This document shows positions 1 to 12,890 of a DNA stretch of 64,000 nucleotides, piece by piece. A program made the translations under genes and the position numbers. The stretch's first letter is position 1. The number at the start of each line of letters is the position of its first letter. The notes below the pieces were generated by a model. It had not been told where the DNA came from and did not search any database. It saw only the letters and a list, made by a program, of their open reading frames with translations. This stretch comes from Octopus vulgaris (taxonomy: Eukaryota): contig OX597831.1 in assembly GCA_951406725.2 (NCBI GenBank), positions 27,590,001 to 27,654,000 of the forward strand, in the 5' to 3' direction.

Positions 1-1578
1 AAGCCATCTGAATAGGAAGCAAATTTCATGGAAAGCAAACTGTATGTGTGTGTGTGTCTGTGTGTGTGACTCCATGATATCAACAACAAACTAATGAGGC
101 ATTTATAAAGGTGAGGTAGTGTGTTCATACTGTACTAAATAGAATCCAGGTGTAACATAGGACTGTGCTGTAAATAGAATCTCGTTAGTTAATTAATTGC
201 CAGAGAGTGATAATCGAGTAGTTAAAATACTTGCAGCCACTCTAAATAACCAACATAGCTGCGTGGGTGGGCATAGTGATTGTTAAAGGGTGGAGGTGGT
301 GGTAGTGGTGGGGACGTTCAATTTTTTTTTATTCTGTTTTGTTTGAATGAGAGTGGGGTCAGGGGTGAGCCAATTTTTAATAATATTTACATCTGAATGA
401 CTCCCACTGAACCGTGAAGAGAAAACCAGAAGAACCTGTTCTGAAAATACAGTCTAAACCAAATAGAATTATTTGCTTGGCCAAGGATGACACTAAAATA
501 ACTAGACAGCACTGGCTTTGAACATGAGTTGATAAGCTGAAACACTGTAAGTCTAACAAACAAACTCATCTCAGACAAATAAGCCTGTCTTCAAAGGGGG
601 TTGGGGCAGTTCTAAATGATTAAAGACATGTGACCTCCTCATTCCTACCACACGCACACAAAATGATCAAATCATAATGACAAAGCTAAGATATGAGAGG
701 TCTTGTGTTTGCTCCCCATCCACTCCATTGTTGACATTGTCACAAAGAGGTGGATTTTTTTTTCTCCTTTGTCATGATTCTATTAAATTCACTTATTTTC
801 TTTTTTTTAACTAAAAACATAAAAGAAAATTATCAAAGTGAATGACATGGTTTTTGTGTTGTATAATGGCAAATAAATATCAATGTGTGTATGTGTGTAC
901 TGTAACCCATCAGAGACAATGTACATGCAGCAACCTACATTTACATGCATACAAAACGCATGACACACAGATATACACAACAGATTAAATACACAAATAT
1001 ATACACACACACAACAGACTACACACACAGAGCCTACGATATAAGCATAAACACACACAAGCACTCACAGATACATGCCTGAGTACATGACTTACGAGCT
1101 ACATTCATTGGAGTTTTAAAATTCTTCTGGGATTTCCTTTCAGTTTAGCCTTGTAGACTATGAACTCCCACCCCCAGAATATATATATACATACACACAC
1201 ACACACACACACAAACATGAGTTGCTTTTAGTTTCTGCCTATCAAATCCACTCACAAGGATTTGGTATGCCTGGGGCTATAGTAGAAGACACTTGCCTGA
1301 AGTACCACATAATAGGGCTGAACCTAACCCATGGGGCTGGGAAGCAAAGTTCTTACCAGACAAATGCTATTCCTGAAAACAAGATAGACACAGTTGCAAT
1401 GTTTTTGATCGTAGGTCTCCTAGACCGGGACTGCCCCGAGGAGAAACCACAACCAGTAAATTATATATATATATATATACTCTTTTACTTGTTTCAGTCA
1501 TTTGACTGCGGCCATGCTGGAGCACCGCCTTTAGTCGAGCAATTCGACCCCAGAACTCATTCTTTGTAAGCCCAGTAA

Positions 1579-1624
<46 letters not shown>

Positions 1625-1744
1625 GACAGGCTTCTTTCAGTTTCCGTCTACCAAATCCACTCACAAGGCATTGGTCGGCCCGGGGCTATAGCAGAAGACA
1701 CTTGCCCAAGATGCCACGCAGTGGGACTGAACCCGGAACCATGT

Positions 1745-1790
<46 letters not shown>

Positions 1791-1977
1791 GCACATTTTA
1801 AAACTCCAATGAATGTGTCTCATAAGTCATGTACTCATGTAATAAGCTTGATTCCCATCCACTTGGTCCTAGGTTCAGTCCCACTGTGTGGTACCTTGGG
1901 CAAGTGTCTTCTACTATACCCTTGGGCTGACCAAAGTTTTGTGAGTGGATTTGGTAGACAGAAATTGAATAAACCTC

Positions 1978-2510
1978 CAGTTCTATATTTAAGAGATGAG
2001 GAATTATTTACATTTGATGTATATTTGTCGTCATCTTGTTTGCTGTTAACAACATTTTGGCTGATATACCCTTCAGCCTTCATCAAGTGTCTTGGGGAAA
2101 TTTTCAACCTGGGTTCTCATTCCTAAGGTATTTTTCGATGTTGTTGTTGTTATTATTATTATTATATTCAGGTCACTGCCTGGAATCGAACTCAGAATCT
2201 TGGGATTAGTAGCCTGCGCACTTAACCACTACGCCATATGCACGTGGGCCAACGGGCTTATGGTGTAGTGGTTAAGAGCGCAGGCTACTAATCCCAAGAT
2301 TCCGAGTCCGATTCCAGGCAGTGACCTGAATATTAATAATAATAACAACAACAGCAACAACAATAATAATAACAACAACATCGAAAAATATCTTAGGAAT
2401 GAGAACCCAGGTTCGAAATTTTCCCCAAGACACCTGATGAAGGCTGGAAGGTATATTAGCCAAAACGTTGTGTTAAGAACGAACAAGATGACAAATATCC
2501 GTCAAATATA
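1978..2510. mobile_element. Palindromic tRNA-headed, hammerhead-bearing retroposon, copy 1, inserted into a CORE-like SINE
   Basis: Arms of ~240 bp are inverted about ~2248. Each arm has an A-box (TGG(T/C)GTAGTGG) and B-box-like (GT(T/C)CGATTCC) head, (AAT/AAC)n and an HHR motif. The 10-bp direct repeat AATAAACCTC sits at 1968-1977 and 2511-2520, and the host SINE resumes after it. Confidence 0.8.
2430..2473 (+). ncRNA. Minimal type I hammerhead ribozyme motif (decayed, G12>A)
   Basis: ACAC-CTGATGA-A-GGCTG(gaaggtatat)TAGCC-AAAA-CG-TT-GTGT. Stems I and II pair. GAAA reads AAAA at a former CpG. Confidence 0.65.
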
Positions 2511-3239
2511 AATAAACCTCGTCGTGTATATGCGTGTATGGTTTTGAGTCCGTGTTTGTTCTCCCCCCACCACCATCACTTGACAACCGATATTTGTGTG
2601 GTTACATCCCCGTAACTTAGCGGATCAGCATAAATGACCGATTAAGTACTAGGCGGTGCTCCAGTCAAATGACTAAAATACGAATGTATGTGTGTGTGTG
2701 ATTGTTTTTGTACCCTGCCAATGCGACAACCAGAGTTGTTTTTTTAGTTGTTGTTGTGTTTTTACTTCTCCATGATCTAGCAGCTCGGCAAAAAGATACC
2801 GATAGAATAAGTATCAGGCTTCAATAAAATAGGTACTGGAGTGGGTTTGTTCGACTAAACTCTTCAAAGCGGTGCTCCAGCATGGCCGCAATCGATTGAG
2901 TGAAACAAGTAAAACTTAAAGAGAAAGGATGCAAAATGAGGGAGGAAACAGCTTAGAAAAGACCAAGGGTAACACAGTTATCTCCCCTAAGTGCGAGATG
3001 ACCGCTAAAATATTGATCTCCTGACCTCTATTGATATTAGAAGAGATTAAGTGACCAGAATAGTAGACAGTACATGAGGTGTTTAATTTCGGAGTAAATA
3101 CATCGAACTGGTACATGACCGCAGGTAAGTTTCTAAAACAGCATTCGATTGGTTAGAGACCAAGCATATTCAGGAAGATATCGAACCCTGGAGATTAAAA
3201 CAAGAGATGGGGTTACTGCAACATTTTTATCCTAACCTC

Positions 3240-3660
3240 CAATCACCGTACTGCGAACCAGTGACGGGCTGTGGATCATTATGTATCAGGTTGCACAGAA
3301 AGAAAATAAAACGAATTTTTTTTTATTTCTATTTTATTAACTATTGCAGTCTACGAGAGGTCTCGTTTTAAAAAAATTATCACTCCTGTCTGTACTTCTT
3401 TCCCGCAGTTATGCACTGATAAATTAACCTCACTAGTTAATTGCAAGAATAAAGAGAGCGTTAAAATCTGCTGGTGTTTGTTACAATATGATAAAAAAAA
3501 AGTGCTTAATATAGAATGTAATAAGTACATTTCCATTATATTATAGAAAAATTAAGCTATAAATTATGCAGGTTGTGTTTTATGTGATTAATCCACTGGT
3601 CCGTGGTAAATTGTCATGCATGAAATCGTTTGGTGGTGAGAAAAAAGTAGGAGAACGCTA
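3240..3660. mobile_element. Degenerate hAT/Charlie-like MITE (related partial copies ~5910-6035 and ~12590-12710)
   Basis: The GGATCATT...CACAGAAAGAA...CTATTGCAG block recurs three times. The Charlie-like terminus reads AAAAAAGTAGGAGAACGCT. Confidence 0.45.
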
Positions 3661-4395
3661 GTCTGTAGTATTTGCAAGTGCGATGTTTTACCGAATTGAA
3701 ATAGACAAAAGAGTCTCGGGTGTCCTTCAGGGAGGTAACTCTTAAGACAGAATACAGAGTTACGTCCCGTAGTTGAACCACTTGTTTTACCATAACAACA
3801 AACTGACACTTAATACATATTCAACGTTTAATAGGAGAGCTATATCATATGACACCACAGGAATAGCTAAACAGTACAGCTGTTTAGTGCTACTGTTTAA
3901 TTCTAGGTCAACTCTGACAGAGCAGAAGTACATGATCAAGGACATAACACTTCCGTTTTTTTTCTGTCACATTTTAATGCACCCACCACCACCCAATGCA
4001 TTTAGGACTATATCATTTAAAAATGTCCTTTATAATAATAAAAAATAAAAATAATAATAATAATAATAATGAAATTATCGTATACAGTGCTCAGGTGCAC
4101 CACAACTTGTCAGAAAGTGCATATAAAGTACATGCAGTAATGTAGAAATGTCTGGAAAGCGATCAATGTATGAGTCAGATACATGCTTGTGTGTGTATGG
4201 AGGGGAGAAAATCAAGTGTAGTGTTGGCGAATCTCAGGAAGCATGGAAGTTTTGAAGGATGCAGTGCTCCTTATATCAAAGTGTAACCTATGTTATGAAA
4301 CCAGGTTGCTATTTCTAACAGATCTATCGACCTCGTCGTTAAATTGTTACTACAAGGGACAAGTGCCTTAATAGAAGAATTATCTAGTTTAATAC

Positions 4396-4833
4396 AGTTC
4401 TACATTTAAGAGATGAGAAATTATACACATTATTTACATTTGATGGATATTTGTCCTCATCTTGTTTGTTGTTTGGGGAATTTTCCAGCCTGGGTTCTCA
4501 TTTCTAAGGTATTTTTCGATGTTGTTGTTGTTATTATTATTAGTACTCTGGTCACTAACTGGAATCGAACTCAGAATCTTGGGGTTATTAGCCCGCACTC
4601 TTAACCACTACGGGCATATGGTGTAGCGGTTAAGAGCGCGGGCTACTAACCCCAAGATTCCGAGTTTGATTCCAGGCAGTGACTTTAATAATATTAATAA
4701 TAATAACATCGAAAAATACCTTAGGTTCGAAATTTTCCCAAGACAACTGATGAATGCTGGACGGTATATCAGCCGAAGCGTTGTGTTAACAACAAACAAG
4801 ATGAGGACAAATATCAATCAAATGTAAATAATG
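4396..4833. mobile_element. Palindromic tRNA-headed, hammerhead-bearing retroposon, copy 2 (left-arm HHR deleted)
   Basis: Same start (CAGTTCTA.ATTTAAGAGATGAG) and same inverted arms as copy 1. Flanked by the direct repeat TATCTAGTTTA at 4381-4391 and 4837-4847. Confidence 0.75.
4742..4786 (+). ncRNA. Minimal type I hammerhead motif (decayed, GAAG)
   Basis: GACAA-CTGATGA-A-TGCTG(gacggtatat)CAGCC-GAAG-CG-TT-GTGT. Confidence 0.6.
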
Positions 4834-6164
4834 AACTATCTAGTTTATTGTGTAGGAAACTATTTTGTACAAAATAGGCGCTTGCAATCACAGGCTATTC
4901 ATGCAGACAACCGATGACTACAAAACATACACATATATACACAAACACATATACGCAACCGCGCGCGCGCACACAGTCTAGAAGGTCCAACATCCTAAAG
5001 AAGCATGTTTCTTATCTCCAGTGTTTTAATCTATATACTTTTATCTCTTCTCCACTCTCTCATATACAAGCAAGAGTTGGTCCAACAGTCTAAAGAATCA
5101 ATTATTTTTTTTTATCGTCCGGTTTCAATCTACATATTGCCTATCTCTCCCTTTCTCTCATTCTCTGCTCCCTCCCCCACAACATCTGTGCGTTTCCTTG
5201 AACTATTGCTTAAGGTCGGTTGTCGATCACCAGTGTATTTAGTTAAGAGTTCTTATGATCGACAACACGTAAAATACTGCCTTACTCCGCCCCACACACA
5301 ATGGCAGGAGATACACACGAATGCCAGATTTACATACAAATACACACAAAGACAAGACACACATGCACGCACACTTACACACACACACGCATACACACAA
5401 GTGGGCACTGTCACTTAGGAACATTTATTCAACTGGCAAGCCTACACTTCACTCTGACACAATCACACAGGAAGCCATTAAAAGAAAAACAAAAGCAAGT
5501 ATGCATGCGCGCACACACACACACACACAAACGACAGCTGGCCAACGCAGGACAAACATTGTGTTTAAAACGTTTTTCAGGGTGGAGGAGAGAGAGGCAG
5601 CAAATTTTATTTGGTGATTTTAATAACAGTTTGTTCTCTTAAGTCATTAGTGGAAAACACCGAGGGCAATAGAAAGGAATGTTTCCAGAAACCAGGAGAC
5701 TGGTAGAAGGAAATTATTCCCAAATTCTCAAACCAGAGACCTAGTCCTGGCCCCAAATAATAACAACATAGTGAACTCTATGAAAAGCACCACATATGGG
5801 CCAGTGGTTAGTTTCAGTTAAAGTATAACTATTGTTATACTACAAAGACTTGTTTTGTTTTTACCTCTTAGTCAGGCGGGAAAGCAATATTCATAACTCT
5901 TTACAGTAAGGGTGCCCGACCACCACCTGACCATAAACCAGTACCAAGCCATGGATCATTTGGTTGTGGGCCACACAGAAAGAATAATTTTTTTAAAAAA
6001 TCATTTCTATTTTATTGACTATTGCAGTCTGCAGGACGTTTTTTTTTTTTTCTTTTGCACTATATATGGGTTATAGGTTGGTGAGCTGGCATAATTGTTA
6101 CCACGTTACGTGAAACACTTAAAGGTATTTCATCTGTTTACCTGAAACGGCAGAAACGTTAGAA

Positions 6165-6530
6165 CGCTGGGCGAAATGCTTAGCAGTTTTTCATCTGCCG
6201 CTACGTTCTGAGTTCAAATTCCACCGAGGTCAACTTTACCTTTCATCCTTTCGGGGTCGATTAAATAAGTACCAGTTACGCACTGGGGTCGATGTAATCG
6301 ACTTAATCTGTTTGTTTGTCCTTGTTTGTCTTCTCTGTGTTTAGCCCCTTGTGGGTAGTAAAGAAATAGGTATTTCATCTGTTTTTGCATTGTGAGTTCA
6401 AATCCTCCTAAGGTTGACTTTGCCTGTTGTCCTTTATGGATCAATGAAATAAATACCAGTTGAACATTGGGGTCAATGTAAATGACTAGCCCCATCACCC
6501 AAAATTCCAGGCCTCATGCCTACAGTACTA
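6165..6530 (+). mobile_element. MetaSINE-like SINE (tandem units)
   Basis: GGCAGAAACGTTAG...GAGTTCAAATTCC head plus the CCTTTCATCCTTTCGGGGTCGAT..AAGTACCAG core, resembling the Meta domain. Many copies in the window. Confidence 0.7.
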
Positions 6531-6770
6531 AGGATTAAATCTAATATAAAAAATGCGAATGTCAGTGCGTCACACTTTTTCAGCTTTGAACTGAAGAAGA
6601 TAGGTAGTAGGAAATGTTTAACTATAAGAAAGTATTTAGGGCAACAACGTCTACAGTTTCTGGCAACTTGTTACTCATTGGGGTTTGTTTCGAAGGCAGA
6701 AAGAATAATTGATTCAGAGACACATATGTGTAGATGTGTGTGTGTATGTATATGCGTTTGCAAGCATGTG

Positions 6771-6811
<41 letters not shown>

Positions 6812-6973
6812 GTTTATACATATGTGCATGCATGTATGTGTGTGTGTGTGCATGTATGCATATGCATGTATGTGTGTGCGTATGAATGAGTATGTGTGTG
6901 TGAGCGTATGCATGTGTATGTGCGTGCATATGCATGCATGAGTACACGTATGTATGTATATGTGCATGTACAA

Positions 6974-7013
<40 letters not shown>

Positions 7014-7460
7014 GGGGAGGGGAGGGAGAGAGAGAGAATTTATCAGTGCAGAGCCACAGCAACAATTCAGGATCAATAAAAAAAATATTTAGTTGTGGAA
7101 ACTGATGAAAGAGAGAAGAGTGCTAAACGCAAACTGTGGCTGACCGTGTTTTGTTTATGGGTCACTGGGACATGTCTCACTGGATGAGAGAGAGAGAGCA
7201 GAGCAGTGGGGGACAGAGTGTAGTTGGCAGGAAGTACATTATTATGCTGCAATAATGAAACATTATCGTTCCCAGCCAATCATTAATGTATGAACTCCCA
7301 ACTGCAGCAGTATGGGCCACACCAGAGACAAACTGGACATGTCAACCAATCCTTAATAAAACTTTAATAACACATGGGCCTGTAACTTTATTTGACAAGA
7401 GAATTGAAGACTGGACAAGAATATATGTAATGCATGTCTTATGGCCATGTGGTAAAGTGC

Positions 7461-8969
7461 TTGGTTCCCATAAATAACATGTTTTTTTATACTTTTATTT
7501 TTCAAAATCATAGGCGCAGGAGTGGCTGTGTGGTAAGTAGCTTGCTTACCATCCACATGGTTCCGGGTTCAGTCCCACTGCGTGGTACTTTGAGCAAGTG
7601 TCTTCTACTCTAGCCTCGGGCCGACCAAAGCCTTGTGAATGGATTTGGTAGACGGAAACTGAAAGAAGCCTGTCGTGTATATATATATATATATATATAT
7701 AGATAGATATGCGTGTGTTTTTGTGTGTCTGTGTTTGTCCCCACCAACATCGCTTGACAACCGATGCTGGTGTGTTCACGTCCCTGTCACTTAGCGGTTC
7801 GGCAAAAGAGACAGATAGAATAAGTACTAGGCTTACAAAGAATAAGTCCCGGGGTCGATTTGCTCGACTAAAGGCGGTGCTCCAGCATGGCTGCAGTCAA
7901 ATGAGTGAAACAAGTAAAAGAGTATAAACAAATATGGTGGATGGGGCATCGTTTCCCATTCAAACTGCTCCAGCCTTTGGAATGTCATCCTTGCTTTATG
8001 TGGCTGAGTATTATCCGGATGGAAGAACACTTCGCATCTCGAAACCAAAGATGGTTGTTTTTCTTCAAGTGCTTGCTTAATTCGCTCAAGCTGCTCACAG
8101 TAGATCTCCTTTGTTATCCTTTGGTTTTAGTTTAAACGTTCAAAGTGGGCTAAATCTTTCATAGCCCACCATACAAACAACACCTTATATGGGTGAAAAC
8201 CTTCTTTAGGTGCCAGTGTTTCTCCTTTTCCTACCCACTGTCTTCGGCACTTGACATTTTTATAGAGAATCTATTTCTCGTCACCAGTCTCTATTCGGTC
8301 TAAAAAAGGTTCATTCATGAGACGTGACAATAAAGAAGAGCACACATTCACTCTGTGCACACAATTAGACTTGGAAAGTTTGTAAGGAATCCATTGACCC
8401 AATTTGTTAACTTTTCCGATGGCACACAGGTATTGCTGAATGGTTGAATGACTAAATCCAAGCCTCTCTGCAAGTTCCTCAACAGTTATGACAGGATTTT
8501 GTTCCACCCGGGTTTGCAGGATGTCCTCATCGAGCTCTACAGATCTTCCAGGATGAGGCTGGTCTTCTAGGCTGTAGTTTCCAGCTCAGAATTTCTGGAG
8601 CCTCAGTTGACACTGGCTTCTGTTTGTCCGATCCCCATATACTGTATTAATATTGCTCACACTTTCCATTGAATTTTTGCCTTTATTGAACTCAGAAAGC
8701 AAAATATGCTGAATATGCTCCTTTGTCATTTGCATTATAGCTCTGAAAATTTGTTAAAATCAAACTGCACTCTTCAAAACTTGCACTAAGAATAGCAACA
8801 AGGTGGTGCTCCAGCATGACCACAGCCGCATGGCTGAAACGAGTAAAAGAGTAAGGTAAAATTACTTTCTGCTTTTATAGCAAGTTGATGCAGTTAGCTT
8901 AATCTGTCCCCCCTCCAACTTTAATTCATGCAATTAAAAAAAAACACATTATTTATGGGATGACCCAAT
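7461..8969 (-). mobile_element. Decayed mariner (Mos1/SETMAR-like) transposon interrupted by a SINE
   Basis: Inverted termini TCCCATAAATAA(C/T)(A/G)TGTTTTTT at ~7466 and ~8940-8969. Transposase fragments ITVEELAERLGFSHSTI..LGQWIPYKL..FLDRIETGDEK and FHPDNTQPH..WETMPHPPY, with stops and frameshifts. Confidence 0.85.
7511..7925 (+). mobile_element. CORE-like tRNA-derived SINE with internal microsatellite (other copies at ~1480-1748, 11031-11445, 16200-16540, 18622-19010, 39558-39972, 40220-40600, 45540-45905, 47660-48155, 48875-49600, 52420-52890)
   Basis: GGCGCAGGAGTGGCTGTGTGGTAAG..GGTTCAGTCCC head, CORE-like (G)TGG(C/T)AC(C/T)TTG(G/A)GCAAGT, (TA)n(TG)n, and the tail GGCGGTGCTCCAGCATGG..TGAAACAAGTAAAAGAG. 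Confidence 0.85.
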
Positions 8970-10184
8970 GCATGGTTTTAGGTTCAGTCACAGCATGAGG
9001 TACCTTGGTCAAGTGTATTCTACTATACCCTCTGACCAACCAAAGCCTTGTGAGTGGATCTGTTGGACAGGAACTGAAAAAGTGTGATTGTGTGTATGTG
9101 TGTGTATAAGCATGTGTGTATGTGTGTGCATTACTGTCTTGTTGCCTTGACATCGTTGCTAAGGGATAGGTGAAGGTTGGTGACAGAAAGAGCATCCAGC
9201 TGTAGTTGTCTTAACAAAAAATTTCACTTGAACCATGTGAACACAGAAAAGTGGATGTCAAACTAATGATAACGACACGGGGGGTCCCATTGCTATACAG
9301 ATCGGACTCAAGTATTACCATGTTATGTGTACATTAAACGTGGGTTGTCATCTCCGCCCTCACTTCAGCTCTAACTTCAACGTTGCCATATCACTCCCTC
9401 GTAATATATTTGTACCACATGGTGGTGCCTGTTTTGGGTTTGTGGGTGGAATAACTTTTGTCATTATTAACCCTTTTGAAGGCAGCAAGCTCGCAGAATT
9501 GTTAAAGCATTGAAAAATTTCTTTGAAGTATTTCTTCCAGTTCCTTATGTTCTGAGTTCAAATGCCACCAAAAGTGATTTTGCCTTTCATTCTTTTGGGG
9601 TTGATAAAATTAAAAAGTACTGGGGTTAATGTAATCAATGTCTCCTACCCCTAAAACTGCTAGCCTAGCACCGAGATTTAAACAACCCTTTCATTACCAT
9701 ATCTCTATTGTACTGTCCTAGTTTTGATTAATTTTAAAAATAATGAAATATTTAGTTAAATAACTTCGTCATTATCAACCCTTTCGTCACTGTATTCCGG
9801 TTGAAATGCCCTACCTTTGTTTCAATAAATTTTGAAAATAAGGAAGAATGTAGGTAAATAACTGTCATACTAAATATTTTGTTACCAAATTCTAGCTGAA
9901 AATACTCTACCTTTGTTCCAGTTAATCATGAGAATGAAGAATTTAGTAAAACAATTCTGTCACTGTTAATCTGGTGTTTGGAACATAAATTAGCATGAAA
10001 TTCCTTTTGAATATGAAGTTCATACAATAGAACTAGAATTGGTTAGAGGCGGGTTGCTAACAGAAGGGTTTAAAAAGTTCAAGATCATCTTTAACTATCA
10101 AGCATGGCAATACATTTTGCCCTTCACACTCGTCCTTCAATCTTCATAGCCACCCCTGCTCCTTCTTATTTCATTCTTATTTGT

Positions 10185-10815
10185 TATTTCTTTATTGCCC
10201 ACAAGGGGCTAAACAGAAGGGACAAACAAGGACAGGTAAAGGGATTAAGTGGATTACATCGACCCCAGTGCTTAAGCTGGTACTTTATTTAATCGACCCC
10301 GAAAGGATGAAAAGCAAAGTCGACCTCGGCGGAATTTGAACTCAGAATGTAACGGCAGACGAAATACTTATTTCTTTATTACCCACAAGGGGCTAAACAC
10401 AGAGAAGACAAACATGGACAGACAAACGGATCAAGTCAATTATATCGACCCCAGTGCGCAACTGGTATTTATTTAATCGACCCCGAAAGGATGAAAGGCA
10501 AAGTCAACCTCGGCGGAATTTGAACTCAGAACGTAGCAGCAGATGAAATACTGCTAAGTATTTCACCCGGCGTGCTAACGTTTCTTATTTCTTTATTGCT
10601 CACAAAGGGCTGAGCATAGAGGGGACAAACAAGGACAGACAAAGGGATTAAGTCGATTACATTGACCCCAGTGCTTAAACTGGTACTTAATTTATCAACC
10701 CCGAAAGGATGAAGGGCAAAGTCAACCTCAGCGGAATTTGAACTCAGAATGTAACAGCAGACGAAATACCGCTAAGCATTTCACCCGGTGTGCTAATGTT
10801 TCTGCCAGCTCACTC
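10185..10815 (-). mobile_element. Trimer of MetaSINE-like units
   Basis: Three head-to-tail repeats of CGACCCCGAAAGGATGAAAGGCAAAGTC..GGAATTTGAACTCAG. Confidence 0.8.
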
Positions 10816-11824
10816 CTGTACCTTCTATGAGAAACAGAATCCTCACTAGGGAAGGAGCATAAACTGCTAGAAACACCAGCTATAAATTACCTCAAATCAT
10901 ATCCTACCACCTTAATAGTTGCTTCTAATTTAGGCATAACACAGTTTTAAGGGGAAACTTAGATGATTACATCGACCCCCCAGCATGTGGCTGATACTTT
11001 ATTCATCTCAGAAGGATAAAAGAAAAATACATAGGTGCAGGAGTGGCTGTGTGGTAAGAAGCTTGCTTCCCAATCAAATGGTTCCAGGTTCAGTCCCACT
11101 GTGTGGCACCTTGGGTAAGTGTCTTCTACTATATTCTCAGGCCAACCAAAACCTTGAGTAGATTTGGTAGACGGAAACTGAAAGAAGTCCGTCGTGTGTG
11201 TGTATGTATTTGAGTGTGTGTGTGTGTATGTATTTGTGTGTTTGTCCCCCCCCACCATTGCTTGACAACCGATGTTGGTGTGTTTAAGTCTTCATAACTT
11301 AACAGTTCAACAAAAAAAAGGGACCGATAGAGTAAGTAGTAGACATACAAAGAATAAGTCCTGGAGGCAATTTGTTCAACTAAAAGGCAGTGCTCCAGCA
11401 TGACCACAGTTAAATGACTGAAACACATAAAAGAAGTAAATAGATAAAACAGTAACGGTTGTAGTAGCTGGAATGTCTCCGATTCTAGATCTGTTGATGA
11501 ACTTCTCTAACTCAGAGTAGAACAGGAGTTAGAACTGAACCTCAATGGGTGAGAACCATCCACCATCACTACCACCACTACAACAGCCACATGCGCTACT
11601 ACTACTACTACCACCATCATCATCATCATCGTCACACCACCAATGCAATCACAACACAGCCGCTAAATATGGTAATTGTCTTCTACTTCCAGGCCAATTT
11701 TCAACAATTAACTTAATTTATTGGTTAGCCTAATTAAACATAAAACATACATGATTGTACTCACACAGACAAACAGACAGACACACACACAGAAATGATC
11801 TTTATTTTATTTCTATTCTCCCTG

Positions 11825-12057
11825 CGGCGAGCTGGCAGAAACGTTAGCACGCCGGGCGAAATGCTCAGCAGCATTTCGTCTGTCGCTACGTCCTGAGTTC
11901 AAATTCCGCCGAGGTTGACTTTGCCTTTCATCCTTTCGGGGTCGATTAAATAGGTAGTACCAGTTACGCACTGGGGTCGATATAATCGACTTAATCTGTT
12001 TGTCTGTCCTTGTTCGTCCCCCTCTGTGTTTAGCCCCTTGTGGGTAGTAAAGAAATA
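11825..12057 (+). mobile_element. Full-length MetaSINE-like copy (others at 22937-23165, 46849-47072, 51487-52005, 61385-61597)
   Basis: GGCGAGCTGGCAGAAACGTTAGC...AGCCCCTTGTGGGTAGTAAAGAAATA. Confidence 0.8.
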
Positions 12058-12890
12058 CTATATGTACTTTGTCATTGCTGTTGCTTAGTCCTAGGTTCCC
12101 CTTGACTAAACAGGCCTAGGATCTACGCTATTCCATCCATTACAATCTCATTGCCTTATTTTCAATGTATGGGAACCTAGAACCATTTTAATGATTTAAA
12201 GAAGATTTGGCTGCTGTTTCTAGCACAATGAAGAACCATGTAAAGGCTCTCCTGTTGTTTGGCTCATATCACTGGTAGAAGACAGTGACAGTGGACATTG
12301 CATGATATACAGTAACAAACATTCTAACTACATATTAGGCTTTGAGTGATGAGGAGTGGCTCTACACGTGTAGACACACACACTGGAAAACATTCATATT
12401 CCAGGTCACTACACACACACACACACACACACACTCAGGCAAAGTTGAAAGGGGGAAAAATAACCTAGAAACTTTTAAATAAAAAAGTTGAGACATAAAT
12501 GACACAAAACCTTTAGTTCTGAGTACTCCTGTTTGTGTCCACATATATCAAAGCATTTATCGTCATCATCATGGCTTATCCTTTCAACCAGGGGTTCCTA
12601 ACCACCTGACTGCAGACCACTACCAGGTCTTGGATCATTTGATACTGGGCCAAACATGAAAGAATTTTTTAATTCTATTTCTAATTTACTGACTATTGCA
12701 GATTGCAATATTATGTATGCACAGGCGTAGGAGTGGCTGTGTGGTAAGTACTTTGCTTACGAACCACATGGTTCCGGGTTCAGTCCCACTGCGTGGCACC
12801 TTGGGCAAGTGTCTTCTACTATAGCCTCAGGCCAACTAAAGCCTTGTGAGTGGATTCGGTAGACGGAAACTGAAAGAAGCCCGTCGTATA

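Noticed and set aside
2254-2326. tRNA gene
   Set aside because: A/B boxes are present but the acceptor stem does not pair cleanly and it lies in a repeated element. Treated as a SINE head, as are the heads ending at 20667 and 60806.
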